Assembly: GCA_951406725.2 (NCBI GenBank)
Contig: OX597816.1
Location: 154,814,001 to 154,878,000, forward strand
Source: Octopus vulgaris
Lineage: Eukaryota
Length of the DNA stretch: 64,000 bases
Direction: 5' to 3'
Every line of letters begins with the position of its first letter. Positions within the stretch are counted from its first letter, which is position 1. The translations under genes and the position numbers were made by a program. Positions 28,541 to 42,511 of this stretch are shown here, one piece after another. The notes below the pieces were generated by a model. It was not told the DNA's origin. It searched no databases and saw only the letters and a program-made list of their open reading frames with translations.

Positions 28541-29095
28541 TTTTGAGGTCAGCAGAATTCTATGTGATATCAGCAGATCACAATTTTCTATTTTAGTTTT
28601 CCCATTTTCTGTGTTGAATTTTCCCATTTTATCTGCCGTGTCGCCACATTCTCTTTGAAATATGTTATGTAAATCTGATTGAATACTAATGTGACTGTTG
28701 TTTTTCAGTTTTTGGTCTCAAAGGGTAGATTCTCATGAAGTGTGTACTGTAGATTACAATACACACTCCATGTTTAAAGAATTGAAAAAAGGAAGACACA
28801 AAATTTCAGTAAATAAATAAATACATCCGTATTGTATTTCCACAGAAATATACACATGATCTCTGTTTTGGCAATATGTTTTTATTTTTACATGAATCTA
28901 AACTGCTATTTGTACATTCAATAACGGATATTTAGATGCTTAAAAACGTGTACTTAGAGAAACATTTTCATTTTTCATGTTTTTTAGAATTTTAATTAAA
29001 ATTTCAAAGCATTTTTGTTCCTTTTCTGTCAATTTGGAAGATTGAATGAAAACACTTATGACCACTACTGGCAGCTGCCTGTATATTACGAGTAG

Positions 29096-29167
<72 letters not shown>

Positions 29168-29174
29168 GCGTGCG

Positions 29175-29255
<81 letters not shown>

Positions 29256-29256
<1 letters not shown>

Positions 29257-29439
29257 AAGTTAATCCAAACAAGAAAACACAGAAAAAAGAGAAAAAAAAG
29301 AGAAAAAAACACAGCAACGCGAGGACGTGGAACAATTAAAGTATTATTGACGCTCAGGAAAGAAGGGAAGGAGGGTTTAACGTTTCGAGCGGAGCTCTTC
29401 GTCGGAAACAAGGAGAAGGAAAGTACCCAAGAGGGGAAA

Positions 29440-29440
<1 letters not shown>
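29256..29440 (-). mobile_element. Penelope-like terminal-repeat fragment P1 with a minimal hammerhead-like motif (29375-29409)
   Basis: Minus strand GUUU-CCGACGA-A-GAGC ucc GCUC-GAAAC-GUU-AAAC. Confidence 0.65.
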
Positions 29441-29499
<59 letters not shown>

Positions 29500-29557
29500 G
29501 GTCTGTCTATCTATCAATCTGTCTATCTGTCTGTCTGTCTATCTATATCTTCTTACG

Positions 29558-29598
<41 letters not shown>

Positions 29599-30228
29599 TT
29601 GTGTCTTTAGGTGGGATAGCTGTGTCCTTCTATGATGAGTCTATATATATATATACATATATGTGTGTGTGTGTGTGTGTGTGAGTGTGTGTATAAACTC
29701 ACAAAATGAAGTAAACACATATATCCATATCACGTGATTTTGAACTCTGATAAGTAACTTAGTTCACATCAGTGGATCTTGCTGATTGTCCGCGTTGAAA
29801 GGGTAGCCCGCCTCGTGCAACTCATGAAAAAACTGCTGAAAGCTTGTGCTAATTCAAAACGGTCGAAGTGTATAGTATAAATACCCTTTTAACCATCATC
29901 ATCTATTGATAGTTTCAGTGTGTAATAAATAAATTATGTCTACATCTCTGCACTAAATATGAATGCTACACATTATATAATACAATTGTATATTTAGAAA
30001 ACCAATGCAGGTAAAAAAAAAAAAAGAATATTCCCATCGATCGGATCTCCCAGAATTCGGTTGCATAAAATTCTCCATTACACTCCTTATTGGATTACTA
30101 TGTCGCCTGCTAGCCGAGTCCTCTAGATGAGCTTCTTGTGATAGCTACACAATTCTACGAATCCATATATTACACTACACACACACGCGCGCGCGATGTG
30201 CGCGCACACACACACAGACACACGCACG

Positions 30229-30300
<72 letters not shown>

Positions 30301-30866
30301 CTACTTGAACTCGTGGAAACTCATTATTCCTTACGTATGTAATGAAAGCAATGCATATATACTTATATAGTTTCTATTATATGAACCAACAACGTCACAA
30401 ATAAATTTGCTCCACTGAACATATATAATTATGCCTGTTTATAAGCTTGCAAAATGTCTGGGTACGACTTACTTCTCTTGCGCACCATACACGGAACACT
30501 AAGATAACTTTCCATCCTGATGTCAATATGCTTAAATATAGCCATACACATAAAACCGTTCCCTGCATACGTTAACACATACACACACGTATGTATGCAT
30601 GTATGTATTGTCTGTATAATATAATGTAATATAGTATAGTATAATATATAAATATATAATAATAATAATAACAGTTTGTCTAAGCTCCATACCACGTAAA
30701 ATTACGTAGGCACGGAGGACGAACCAAATTAATTTGGCATCTACCGAGAATCTGTTAGTAAAGAATATCTGTTAACTCCTACTAAATGTGTTGAGCGTCA
30801 ATTTTCCGATTGTTGCCTACTCACTCTTGTCCCTCTTTCTATCTCTGTCTGTCTGCCTCTCCGTCC

Positions 30867-30930
<64 letters not shown>

Positions 30931-31007
30931 GCCTGTCTGTCCCTGTCTGTCTCTCTGTCTGTCTCTCTCTGTGTGTCTCTCTCTCTCTCTCTCTCTCTCT
31001 CTTTATA

Positions 31008-31180
<173 letters not shown>

Positions 31181-31427
31181 GTATACACGCAGCACACATG
31201 TATATACTATAATTTGTGTGCGCAAATACATGTACGACTGCAACTGTTGAGTTTAGAGCTCCACGCAGGCTATCATTATCCAGTCTGCTTCCAGAACAGT
31301 GGTATAGCTATGACTAAACTTCGTCGTATTTTGGTTTATTGTAATTTATCGTGTAAATATATATATTTGTATATAATTTAAAAATAGGATAAAATCTTTA
31401 TAAGAATTTATCAAGTAGTTAGCGTGA

Positions 31428-31641
31428 GAAACCTCATAAGAGAAAAATCCACCAATTTTTCTCTAAGTATTTTTATTTATATTATATAGAGGGCATTTGC
31501 AGCTGAATTCTGTTTTTAAGTGGCTTGCTTCGAGAGTTGCATTCTCCCGCTTTCGGCACGATGTGTTTATTTATGTTGGTAGTTTTGACTTTAAGAGTCC
31601 CTCCCAGCGTGTGGCATTTATGTATAGTAATGCCCTCTATA

Positions 31642-31645
<4 letters not shown>
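31428..31645. repeat. Interspersed repeat related to the 33074-33364 foldback element
   Basis: Shared segments 'aaacctcataagagaaaaa', 'ttatattatatagagggcatt', 'ttgcttcgagag' and 'agtccctcc.agcgtgtgg.atttatgtata'. Confidence 0.75.
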
Positions 31646-31717
<72 letters not shown>

Positions 31718-32113
31718 GTGTGTGTGTATGTGTGCGTGCGTGTGTGTGTGTGTATACACACACACACACATTACAGCCTGCCTAGTGGTGGTCTGGCCTT
31801 GGGCAGGACATATTACTGTGAACCTTCTCCACCACTTTCTATATGATCTGGGAGGTCTAGTACTCCCTTGCCGCTCTTAGACTGATTACAAGAACTTTGG
31901 CTACCATGACTAGACCTGCGATGAATACTGGAGTGCTTTCTCGTTGCCATCTCCAGGCAGCTGGGATTTGAACTCAGAATGTAGAGAAACGGAAGTGACA
32001 TCCTAAAATATTTCTGCCGACGCGCAGATGATTCTGTCACACTCCTGCCTGTAGAGCAACGTGAAGCACTTTGCTCAGAAACACAGCGCTTAGCCTGGTC
32101 CGGGAATCGATAC

Positions 32114-33005
32114 AATTAATGCCAAGGACATATTTTCCAATGGCTACAGTGAATCTATATCATTATTCAAGAAGGCCAACGACATAACCATTGTTGGTCT
32201 TTACAAGCCTCCCAAACACCTCTAAAGTGCCTTGAAGAATGCCTAAACAAAATCCAGTCCTTTCTTCAAAAATACAATTCTGGAAACATACTGGTGATGG
32301 GTGATTTCAATCTCCTTTATGTAAACTGGCCTACAAATACTCTGACACAACTAGTGCTTGAACGAACAAGACAGAATAAAACGATCTTGGATCTGATATT
32401 AAAAAAACATTCTAGCCCCATTCACAGCATTTCAGGTCAAAAAACTTTCTTTTTTAACCACGACATGATACACTGCAACTTTAATTTTCAGCGTATCAAA
32501 ACTAAACCAGTCCATCTCACTCCACTGCACTTATTTGATAGCATAAACTTCCACAAGGCGGACTGGGGAGCAGTTAGAAATGATCTGTCTTTTATCGACT
32601 GGTCCTTCACTCTGAGTTAAACTGACATTGAAACTACATGGCAGTTCTTTGAGGACATTATCACCTACACATGCTCAAAATACGCTACTTACGAAATTCA
32701 CTAGCACAAACAGAAACAGGGTCCCTAGAGAGAAAAATCACTCACCAGGTGCATCCAAACACTTAATAAAAAAAATCAACCAATTTAAATACTTCACATT
32801 CAACAATAATTAAAATGCTTGAGTTGGAAAAAATTTCATTTGCAGAACAACATAAAAACCTGCATTGAAAATCAAAGAGTTGCAAAGGAACAGTGGGTTA
32901 AAATAATTAAACTGAACCCCAGATTGTTCTATTCATATGCAAATAAGCATGCAGAAACAATATTGCTGTCTTTAGTGATCCCACTATTGACACAGATGTG
33001 AACGA
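32114..33005 (+). pseudogene. CR1/Jockey-group LINE AP-endonuclease and linker remnant
   Basis: 'IVGLYKPP', 'LVMGDFNLLYVNW', 'TRQNKTILDLIL', 'NHDMI', 'NFHKADWGAVRNDLSFIDW' and 'IKLNPRLFYSYAN' occur in order across frameshifts. Confidence 0.88.
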
Positions 33006-33139
33006 AGTTGATTCTCAGCAAATAATATCGGGCATAACATACATACGCATACATACACGTATTTATACACACAAACCTCATAAGAGAAAAAAATCTGTAA
33101 ATTTTTTCACTTGAAAATATATATTTATATTATATAGAG

Positions 33140-33362
33140 GGCATTATTACACATAAATGCCACACGCTAGGAGGGACTTTTAAAGTCATAACTACCAAAA
33201 ATAAACAAATCGTACCGAATGCAGCTCTCGAAGCAAGACATTTAAAAACAATTTGTTTTTAAATGTCTTGCTTCGAGAGCTGTATTCGGTACGATTTGTT
33301 TATTTTTTGTAGTTATGACTTTAAAAGTCCCTCCTAGCGTGTGGTATTTATGTATAATAATG

Positions 33363-33364
<2 letters not shown>
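33140..33364. repeat. Near-perfect palindrome with 112 bp arms, centred at 33252
   Basis: '...gaagcaagacatttaaaaacaa t ttgtttttaaatgtcttgcttc...'. The symmetry holds out to ggcattatta / taataatgcc. Confidence 0.95.
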
Positions 33365-33436
<72 letters not shown>

Positions 33437-33465
33437 CATACGCACATTTATATATGTATATATAC

Positions 33466-33544
<79 letters not shown>

Positions 33545-34406
33545 TGCAAATGCACACACACACACACAAATGCAAACACACACATACACACACAATATCA
33601 CATATACTTTGTATCCCAGCTAAAATGGCTGAATTTAATTTGTCATATTTTCAATAATATGAAAAATTAAATTTATTATTATTTTCAAATATTAATAAAT
33701 TTACATGAAACTTTCACAAATTATTCATGAAATGAAATTTACTGTATATAATTTGCAATTTTATATTACTGTAATTTATAGTTTTATAATTTTATAGTTA
33801 TATAATGTCATTATGACTTTTGCTGTTCGAAATGTGCAAGTTGGTATGAAATGAAGTATATTTTTCTTTGTTGAAACAGATAATGACACCTTGATACAAT
33901 AAAGAATATTTTGGGCCGGAAGTTCTTAGGCATTTTGCGACTAGAGGACTGGGCAAGGAGTTGCTGCAATAGCTATCTAGCGGTAGGGATGAACTATTTC
34001 TGCTTGTATAGTTGTGCGTTCGGAATGTGCTACTTTACTCAAATGAGGCAGTTTTCAATTAAAATAGCAATCAATGCATCGTATATAATGTAGATCAGTT
34101 ATTGCCATATTTGTCCTGAAATGAGATATCTAATGGACTTACTGTCTTGAAAACAAAATAAACATCAGATAGAGACGAAAATTTGCTCTAACAGCGGCCA
34201 GCGAAAGCACCAGATGCCTTCCAACCCTTTCGGACCTTTTAAATGACGCGTAATTACAGCCAATGACATGTTCGGACGAAAATTCCACGTCCCTGTTACA
34301 AGAAAGATTCACAGATATTGCAAATAGCCGTTCAACAGTCTTCATAATTAAGCACAGCCATACCTTCAGAGACTCGCTAGCGAACGGAAGCAGTATCATA
34401 CATACA

Positions 34407-34450
<44 letters not shown>

Positions 34451-35499
34451 CATATACGAAATACTGTGTCATTACATCACTGGCTTTCACCTCACCCATC
34501 ACCACCACCACAACTCATTACCACCCTGTTCCATACCTGCTTTTCTCTATAAATTATAATTATAATCCCAATAATAGTAATATACACCTCCTCTTTATCA
34601 TCGTTGTCATCGTTGCCATCTTCCCCATCGTCGTTGTCGTCGTCGTCCTCATTGTCGTCGTCGTCGTCGTCGTCATCATCATCATCATCAAATTTATCAC
34701 CAATATCATTATTGTCATTATTTTCCTTTCCAATTTCTGTCGTACCATTTTCCTTCTATCACTCTGCGCACAAAACTCAAACAATTGTTTCACAAATCAT
34801 TTAAAAAAATAATAATAAAGAAAAAAACCAAACAAACAAACGAAAGAAAATAACATCTATTTCTATGGATTTGCAAATTTAAAAGCTTAGCGAAGCGGTA
34901 TGAAGATAAAAATATAATTCTCTGACACTAGCTGGGTAGGTAGCTAGTAACTTTATACCTTAAATCTTTTTATTCTAGTATTATTGATTCAAAGAAATAA
35001 CTATAATATATAATAAAGTAAAAACAAATACAAAGACAAATATAAAAAAAACAACTAAAAAGCACAAAAAGAGAGAATACCCGTATGAATAAGTAAATAG
35101 ATATTAAAGCAATATATTGGAGCATTCGGATTCCCAAATCGATATTTAAGCATTTTAAATCATATTAGGTTTCCATGTGATGCTTCTTAAAGAAGAGAAT
35201 TTCAATGAATTTTTTTTCCTTTCCGTGTTATTTAGTTAATTTTGTTTTTTCATTTCATTGGTTAAATGTATTATTATTATTACGATTTTGCGAAACTCAC
35301 CGTATCTACCCTTGTAAGTGTCTGTTCATCTGCTGCACTTATGGCAAAGAGAAGTTCAAGCTTTGTCTTTTCTTCTGCCGGGGTCGATAAGATAACTACC
35401 AATCGGTTACTGAGTTGATGTAATCGGCTCAGCCCCTCCCCAATCTATAAAGTTTCAGACTTTTTTCCTATAGTAGAAAAGATTATTATTATTGGGATT

Positions 35500-35915
35500 C
35501 AAAGTGTAGCACAAGGTCAGCGGTTTCCGGGAAGGGGGTAATACGTTTACATCAACTCCAGCGTTCAACTGGTACTTATTTTATCGACTCTGAAAGGCTG
35601 AAAGGCAAATTCGACTACAGTGGAATTTGAAATCAGAACGTGAAGACATTTTGCCTGGCGTGCTAACAATTCTGTCAGCTCGCCGCCTAATGTTGTATCA
35701 TTATCACGAAAATTAATAAGGCGGCGAATTGGCAGAATCGTTACCATGTCGGGCAAAACACCAAGCATAATTTCGTTTGTCTTTACGTTCTGGGTTCGAA
35801 TTCCGCCAAGGTTGACTTTGCCTTTCCTTTCATCCTTTCGGGGTCGATTAGATATGTATCAGTGGGACACTGGAGTCGGTGTTATCGACTACCCGCTTTC
35901 CACTAAATTTCAGAC
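35500..35915. mobile_element. Head-to-head pair of SINE family D copies (35500-35690 minus, 35718-35915 plus)
   Basis: 'aaggcggcgaattggcagaatcgtta...ttcatcctttcggggtcgat' and its reverse complement. Confidence 0.82.
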
Positions 35916-36593
35916 CGTGTGCATATATACATATGCACATACACATGTATATATCAAATACTTATTACATGCACTATACATATATACTAGCTTAAAAGCC
36001 TCCCGGCATATAGACTAGTTTAAAAGTCTCCTGTGGAGGGCTCTTCATTGGGCTTTGGGCCCAACAATGACACTTCATGCATTGAGCACATATTAAATTT
36101 TATTAAACTTATTAATCTTAAAGACAACTATAAGGATTTTAAGTTAGATTGGTTTATCCTTTCCATCTCGTTCCCTTATGACAAGGGCAAAGGTTTTTGT
36201 AACATTTGCAACTCTGAACTCTTCCATATTCTCTAAGAATCATCTTGTTAACACACTTATAGAGCGATCTTACAAATGTAAGCACTGGCAAAAACATACC
36301 CTTGGCTCATATAGGTGATTTTACCAGTCTGTATAGTTTGAACGTTTAGTTCACCTTGCGCTTTACTTCAATAGAGAAATCTACTTCTAAGCCTTTGGAC
36401 ATTTTTTCAACCAATATATCCCTCTTTATTTGTTCTCTACTTATTATTTCTTTACTCCTTCTCTTCCTAGGGTCTGCCTTTGACGTCGGATCTATGAACA
36501 GTTTTTTAAAAATACTTAATAGCGTTCTGTTTATCATTTATGCAGTCATAAAAATTGTTATAATGTCTTGTTGTTGAGATAGGTTCTCTTTCT

Positions 36594-36674
36594 TTCCTGA
36601 TGAGAAGATTACATTATTTTACACCGTTTATTCCTTTGGAATAAAACCATGTTGTCTCCGAAACATATGTCGAG
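36594..36674 (+). ncRNA. Type I hammerhead ribozyme, canonical core
   Basis: UUC-CUGAUGA-GAAGAUUACAU...AUGUUGUCUCC-GAAAC-AUAU-GUC-GAG. Predicted cleavage is after 36671. Confidence 0.72.
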
Positions 36675-36751
36675 AGTAAAAGAATTTGAATAATCAGTGT
36701 GTTTAACTCCATTTATTTACCTATGTGTGTGTTTAACTCCATTTATTTACT

Positions 36752-36791
<40 letters not shown>

Positions 36792-37026
36792 ACATATATA
36801 TACTTTATTAATAAAGCTGCAAAGACATTACAAGAGCTATTACACAGAGTTCGTCGATCAGTTTTGGTTGAGTTTCTCAACCAAAGCTGTCCGATGAACG
36901 GGAACATGAAACTCTGAGTAACAGTTTTTGTGATGTCTTTGCTGCTTTATTAATGAAGCATATTTCTCTATCCCTGGTATTCGAGTATTTTTTTCACCTT
37001 GTTTCACATTTACGTGTTTACTCAGG

Positions 37027-37125
<99 letters not shown>

Positions 37126-37128
37126 ATA

Positions 37129-37167
<39 letters not shown>

Positions 37168-37568
37168 TTCTTTCTATCCTGTTTCTGTGTGTTCGTGTGT
37201 ATGTGTAGCATGTATAAGTACGGTGCGTGTGTTTGTGAGTGTATGTGTATTTGTATGTATGCGTATGCGTGCATGTGCGTGTGTAGTTTGGGATTCGATT
37301 TTTTCTGCAGTATATCGAGCTGCAGAGCAACAGTTCCATCATTGATTTAACACTGAAAGACGAAATGGAAAAGGGAAGACTCGTAAATAATTATACTTTT
37401 CTATGTAATGTGTGTGTCCGCCTTTGTGATATAGAACTATGTTTACAAATGTATAAATAATGATGTGAATCGAGTAAGTTAGTTTGATAAAATTATGAGA
37501 CAGGCAGAAAGAGAGAGAGAGGAAAGAAAGAGAGAGAGAGAGAGAGAGAGAGTGAGTGAGTGAGTGTT

Positions 37569-37601
<33 letters not shown>

Positions 37602-37813
37602 ACATGGAGAGAAAATTATGCGAAAATTTTCAGAAAGCTTGTTTGGGAGAATGTACATCAGCTAACTGTTAAAAGCTTTTATGTTCGAACAGAGACACGT
37701 CACACAGAAAAACACCTTTGCCCTATGAACAGCCAGCCATACACATATGTTCAAATCTGTTTGGCTGGTATTGCTTGTATATCATGTCTATATGTTTGCA
37801 AGTATATATTTTG

Positions 37814-37892
<79 letters not shown>

Positions 37893-38254
37893 CATCTATC
37901 TATCTATCTATCTATCTATCTGTCTGTCTGTCTGTATGTATGTCTGTCTGTCTGTCTGTATATCTGTCTATCTATCTGTCTGTCTGTCTGTATGAATGTC
38001 TGTCTGTCTGTCTGTATATCTGTCTGTTTGTCTGTCTGTCTATCTACATGTCTGTCTGTGTGTAATGTCTATATGTACATGTATCATATATATATATATG
38101 TGTGTGTGTGTATAATATATATGTGTGTGTGCGCATGTGTAATATGTACATGTAAATGAATCACACACACACACACACACACGTATAATATAATTATATA
38201 TAATATAATATACACAAATACATATATACGCATTATATTGTATCATGTAGTGCG

Positions 38255-38760
38255 AATAAGTATGTCATTGTTCAGTTTTATTTCAAGATTTCTTGCCAAA
38301 AGAAAAAGAGTCGGTTTCTAACCTAGATTCAAGGCTCCTTCATTGGAATTTCAATATCAACAACAGGGTATTTTTATATGTATGCATGCATGCATGCATG
38401 CATGTATGTATGTATGCATGTATGTATGTATGTATGTATGTATGTATGTATGTATGTATGTATGTATGTATGAATGAATGTATATGTGCAGATTTGTATA
38501 TTTTGCTTTAAGTATGTATTCTCATGCATATAGTTGCATATCTAGACATGGTCATATATATCTAAATGATAAACTTCTGCAAAGTTTTACAGATCTTTAC
38601 AATTCCAGTGATGGATTGAATCTGTAGATTTCGAATTAGCTTTCTCTTTTCTTGTTTTGAGAATCTTAATTTCTCAAGAATGGTATTTAGGCATTGTGTT
38701 ACACATTCCAATGCCCCAATAATTACAGGTATAAACCTGAACTTGTAATCTGGATACGTA
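38255..38760 (-). pseudogene. R4/Dong-like (restriction-like endonuclease) LINE 3' end with 3' UTR
   Basis: 'YPDYKFRFIPVIIGALECV...ITGIVKICKT' matches the PxIIGAlG motif at the end of RLE domains. Confidence 0.75.
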
Positions 38761-38765
38761 TATAT

Positions 38766-38813
<48 letters not shown>

Positions 38814-38940
38814 GAATGTATATATCGTAAATGAAAGACGGAAGATGGAATATACGAGAGTTTATTATTAATTATTAATCACGACAGTTGTTTCAATACA
38901 TCTAGCAGTGAGCTGCCAGGTGTAAACCATTCGATTTATT

Positions 38941-39021
<81 letters not shown>

Positions 39022-39104
39022 GTATGTATATATGTATATGTATATATATATGTATATATATATATCTGTGTGTGTGTGTGTTGGTGTGTGTGTGTGTGTA
39101 TGTC

Positions 39105-39345
39105 TGAAGGTGCGTGTCCTAGTAGTTAGGTAGTCGTAGTTGCACTCACGATTGCAAGATGATGGGTTTCGATTTCCACGCCAGCAGTGCTTTGTGAAGA
39201 GCAGAGTATTTCATTTGACGTTGTTCCAGTTCACTCAGCGGTAAGTGTGCAACCCTGCGACTGACTGGAGCTCTGTTCGGGGGGAATGTTGGCCTGCCCG
39301 TTAGCCAGTGCGGTGGTATCACTCGAAAGCTGCAACAATGTGAGG
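39105..39345 (+). mobile_element. Diverged SINE family B
   Basis: 'gtttcgatttc...tttcatttgacgttgttccagttcactcagc' is similar to the 8426 copy. Confidence 0.65.
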
Positions 39346-39359
39346 AATGGCATTGTAAT

Positions 39360-39755
39360 GAGCAGTGCATGGCAGAATCCGATAGTCTGGGCGACACAGT
39401 GCTACAGAATGAGTGACGAAAGAATACCCAAAGTCCTCATATACAGCCAGCTTGCTAGCGGGCACAGGAATGTTGGCCGAGCATGGCTCAGATATAAGGA
39501 CAATCTGAAGAGTAAACTCTCAACAGTGAAGATAGCTCACAACACCATTGAGTGAACAGACTCGGAGCGAACGAAATGGAGATCATTGTGTCAAAAATGG
39601 TACTAGAAATTTTATCGCAACCAGCATTAATAAGCTTCGGGGTGCAAGGCAAAAGAGAAAAGCGGCTGCAAATATACTACCTGTACTGACCTGTAATCCT
39701 TATACTTGCAAATCGTTAGCGGGAATTAAATGTTATTAGGCATAAGCATTATGAC
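39360..39755 (+). pseudogene. RTE-clade LINE ORF2 C-terminal fragment
   Basis: 'RMSDERIPKVLIYSQLASGHRNVGRAWLRYKDNLK' followed by a degraded zinc finger 'CNPYTCKSLAGIKCY'. Confidence 0.85.
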
Positions 39756-39812
39756 TGACTAAGAAAGAATAGGTTGTCGGATCATCATACGTCGAAACCG
39801 AAGGGAGAGTCC

Positions 39813-39980
39813 AACCTCCTCCTCCTCCTCCTCCCCTCCTCCCTCCCCCTCCTCCCTCCCCCTCCTCCCTCCTCCCTCCCCCTCCTCCCTCCCCCTCCTC
39901 CCTCCCCTCCTCCCTCCCCCCCCCCCCCCCTCCCCCTCCCCCTCCCCTCCCCTCCCCCTCCTCCTCCTCATCATCATCAT
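39813..39980. repeat. Homopyrimidine C-rich tract (G-rich on the minus strand)
   Basis: (CCT)n and CCCCCTCCT units plus a poly-C run. Confidence 0.9.
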
Positions 39981-40215
39981 ATAGATATATATGTATATGT
40001 AGGTTATGTTTAAAAGTAAAATTTAGATAAGAGACTTTAAAATGTAGTATCCAAACCTTGTTTCGGGTATGTCCCTAGTAGTGTGCCTTGAGAGCACGTT
40101 CACCACATAGGGCTACCAGGCGTCATATGTGGTACTGCACTTTAGTCGTAGAATCTATGTAAGGAATTTCACGGTGCATGTTTAGTATTTTTTGGCATAT
40201 ATATATATATATATA

Positions 40216-41471
40216 TAGGGGTTGTACAAGATAATGGAAACACCTTAAAATTTCAAACAAATTTATTTTAATATGGAGTAGGACCGCCTTTGCCAGTAAT
40301 TACAGCTTGAATTCTACGAGGCATGGACTCGCACAAGGTTTGAATTGTTTCCAAAGAAATTTTTGTCCATTCTTCAGCTAAAACAGTCTCTAGTTATTGT
40401 AGTGATGGTGGTGGAGGATATCGACTCCTTAATTTTTTCTAAAATGCACCATAATGTTCAATAATATTGAGATCTGGGGACTGTGGTGGCCAGATAAGAT
40501 GTTCAACTTCATTAAAACGTTCCTCGTGCCATTCAGTAACAACTTTAGCTGTGTAAATTGGTGCATTATCATCCTGAATGATTGCGTTTCTCTCTGGAAA
40601 CGGTTCCGCAACCATAAGATGAATTTGATCAGATAAAATGCTTAAATAGTCTTGACTATTAATTCTGCCATGAAGGGAAACCACTGGGCCGACGGATTTC
40701 CTAGATATAGCCCCCCCAGATCATCACAGATCCTCCTGCATGTTTAACAGTTGGAAGAAGGTAGTCTGGGTCAAATACTTCATTTGGCTGTCTCCACACG
40801 TATACTCGGCCAGTGGAAATAAAGTAAAGGATGACTTGTCCGAGAAAATAACATTCTTCCACTGCTCTAGGGACCGATTCTGTAAGTGTTTACTCCAATC
40901 TAACGCTTTGTAACGTTCGATTTTGAAAGTAGTGGTTTTCTGATTGCAGCCTTCCCGTGAAATCTGGCTTTGTGCAGTTCCCTGCGAACAGTTTTTGTGG
41001 AAATTGGGTCCTCGAGGTGGTTTAAGCTCTGCAGTACTTTTGGGAGCTCTACTTTTGTGATCCTTTCTAACAATTCGCGTAAGTGTCCGACGGTCCCAAT
41101 CTGAAAGTTTTGGTTTTCTTCCGGAGTTTTGTTTCGACGAGGAGGTTTTCCCCTCTTTCTCAAAGGCTGTCATTACTTTCGAGACAGTACTTCTTGATAC
41201 ACCAAACATTTCAACTGTTTTCGTTACGCTAGCGCATGTTGTACGAGCACCAACAATTTAACCTCTTTGGAAGTTCGATAGATTTGTCATTTTAATGAAT
41301 TTTGACTACCTTTTTCTGATGATATCTGAAAAGAAACAGCAATTTTAGCGAAACATATTAAGCAACACTAATACTAAAAAAATAAATAAACAAGCTTTTG
41401 ACGGTTTTATAGATATTTCAAAATTATGATGCTACGATGCTAGGTGTTTCCTTTATTTTGTCCAACCCCTG
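40216..41471 (-). mobile_element. Full-length Tc1-family transposon (~1.26 kb, 30 bp TIRs)
   Basis: TIRs are 'taggggttgtacaagataatggaaacacct' (40216-40245) and 'aggtgtttcctttattttgtccaacccctg' (41442-41471). Confidence 0.95.
40268..41290 (-). pseudogene. Frameshifted Tc1 transposase with DD36E spacing
   Basis: HTH 'FGVSRSTVSKV', then 'SGRKPKL', 'VIFSDKS', 'QDDNA...WPPQSPDLNIIE' and the end 'KGGPTPY*'. The reading frame is split over several frames. Confidence 0.92.
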
Positions 41472-41539
41472 TTTATACATACATACATACATACATACAT
41501 ACATACATACATACATACATACATACATACACACACACA

Positions 41540-41589
<50 letters not shown>

Positions 41590-41744
41590 CATATATATTT
41601 GAATGTATGAGTGTAAGTATGTATATATATATAAAACTAAATGTACAACCGAAAGAGCTGCTAATAGTTTCATGCTGTTATGATACTTGGACAGGTTTAT
41701 TTGTAGAACATTCTATGTATCTTAAAGTAATCTTTGAGGGTCTG

Positions 41745-41804
<60 letters not shown>

Positions 41805-41805
<1 letters not shown>

Positions 41806-42185
41806 AAAAGAAAGACGCTTCATCACTCCAAACAATCTTTGTTGGAAATTGTTCATGCTCTATACATCTTGCGAAGTGAGACCATAGATTATACTTGGAA
41901 TGTAACATTTCAAATGAATGTTCGTTAAAATGCAATAGATGTATAATTTTCAAATTCTTAACTCAAGACTCACTTCTTGCAAAGGTTTTTGTTTTTAGTA
42001 CCACTTCTTGAGTTGGGTGACTCGTCGGTGTCCACATTTTCCCTGAACGCTTCTTGTGGACAAACTGGATATTTCCCATCTGGTTAAAACTTATCTCTTA
42101 CTCGAATGATGGTAAATCGCTTATATGGATCTGTTTCCCCCTTAAACTGTTTTTGCCCTTGTTTTGCATTTTCAACCTACTGTAA
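41805..42185 (-). pseudogene. Old Tc1/mariner-superfamily transposase remnant
   Basis: 'EQFPTKIVWSDEASF' contains the first catalytic D. Upstream are 'RFTIIRVRDKF' and 'KRSG'. Confidence 0.6.
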
Positions 42186-42440
42186 CACTTTTGCAAAAAT
42201 TTCCTTTGGTAAAAGTTTAGTCCGGCTTCCTTTATTAGACCTAATGTGTTAAATCTACACAGAAATGAAAATGAAGTCAGTTATGTGTGTGCGCGTGTGC
42301 ATGTGCATGCGCGTATGTGCGTGTGTGTGTGTAAGTGTGGGCAATTTAACGACACAAGTGTTTTTCTCTGGACCATTCGATCCTTCCCTTTTTTCCTCAT
42401 CTCTAGACTTTTACCCTTGTTGTTGTTGTTGTTGTTGTTG

Positions 42441-42511
<71 letters not shown>

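Noticed and set aside
33890-34400. Complex non-repetitive block, possibly a decayed tyrosine-recombinase (Crypton) or an exon
   Set aside because: There are only vague motif hints and stops in all frames; an HMM search is needed.
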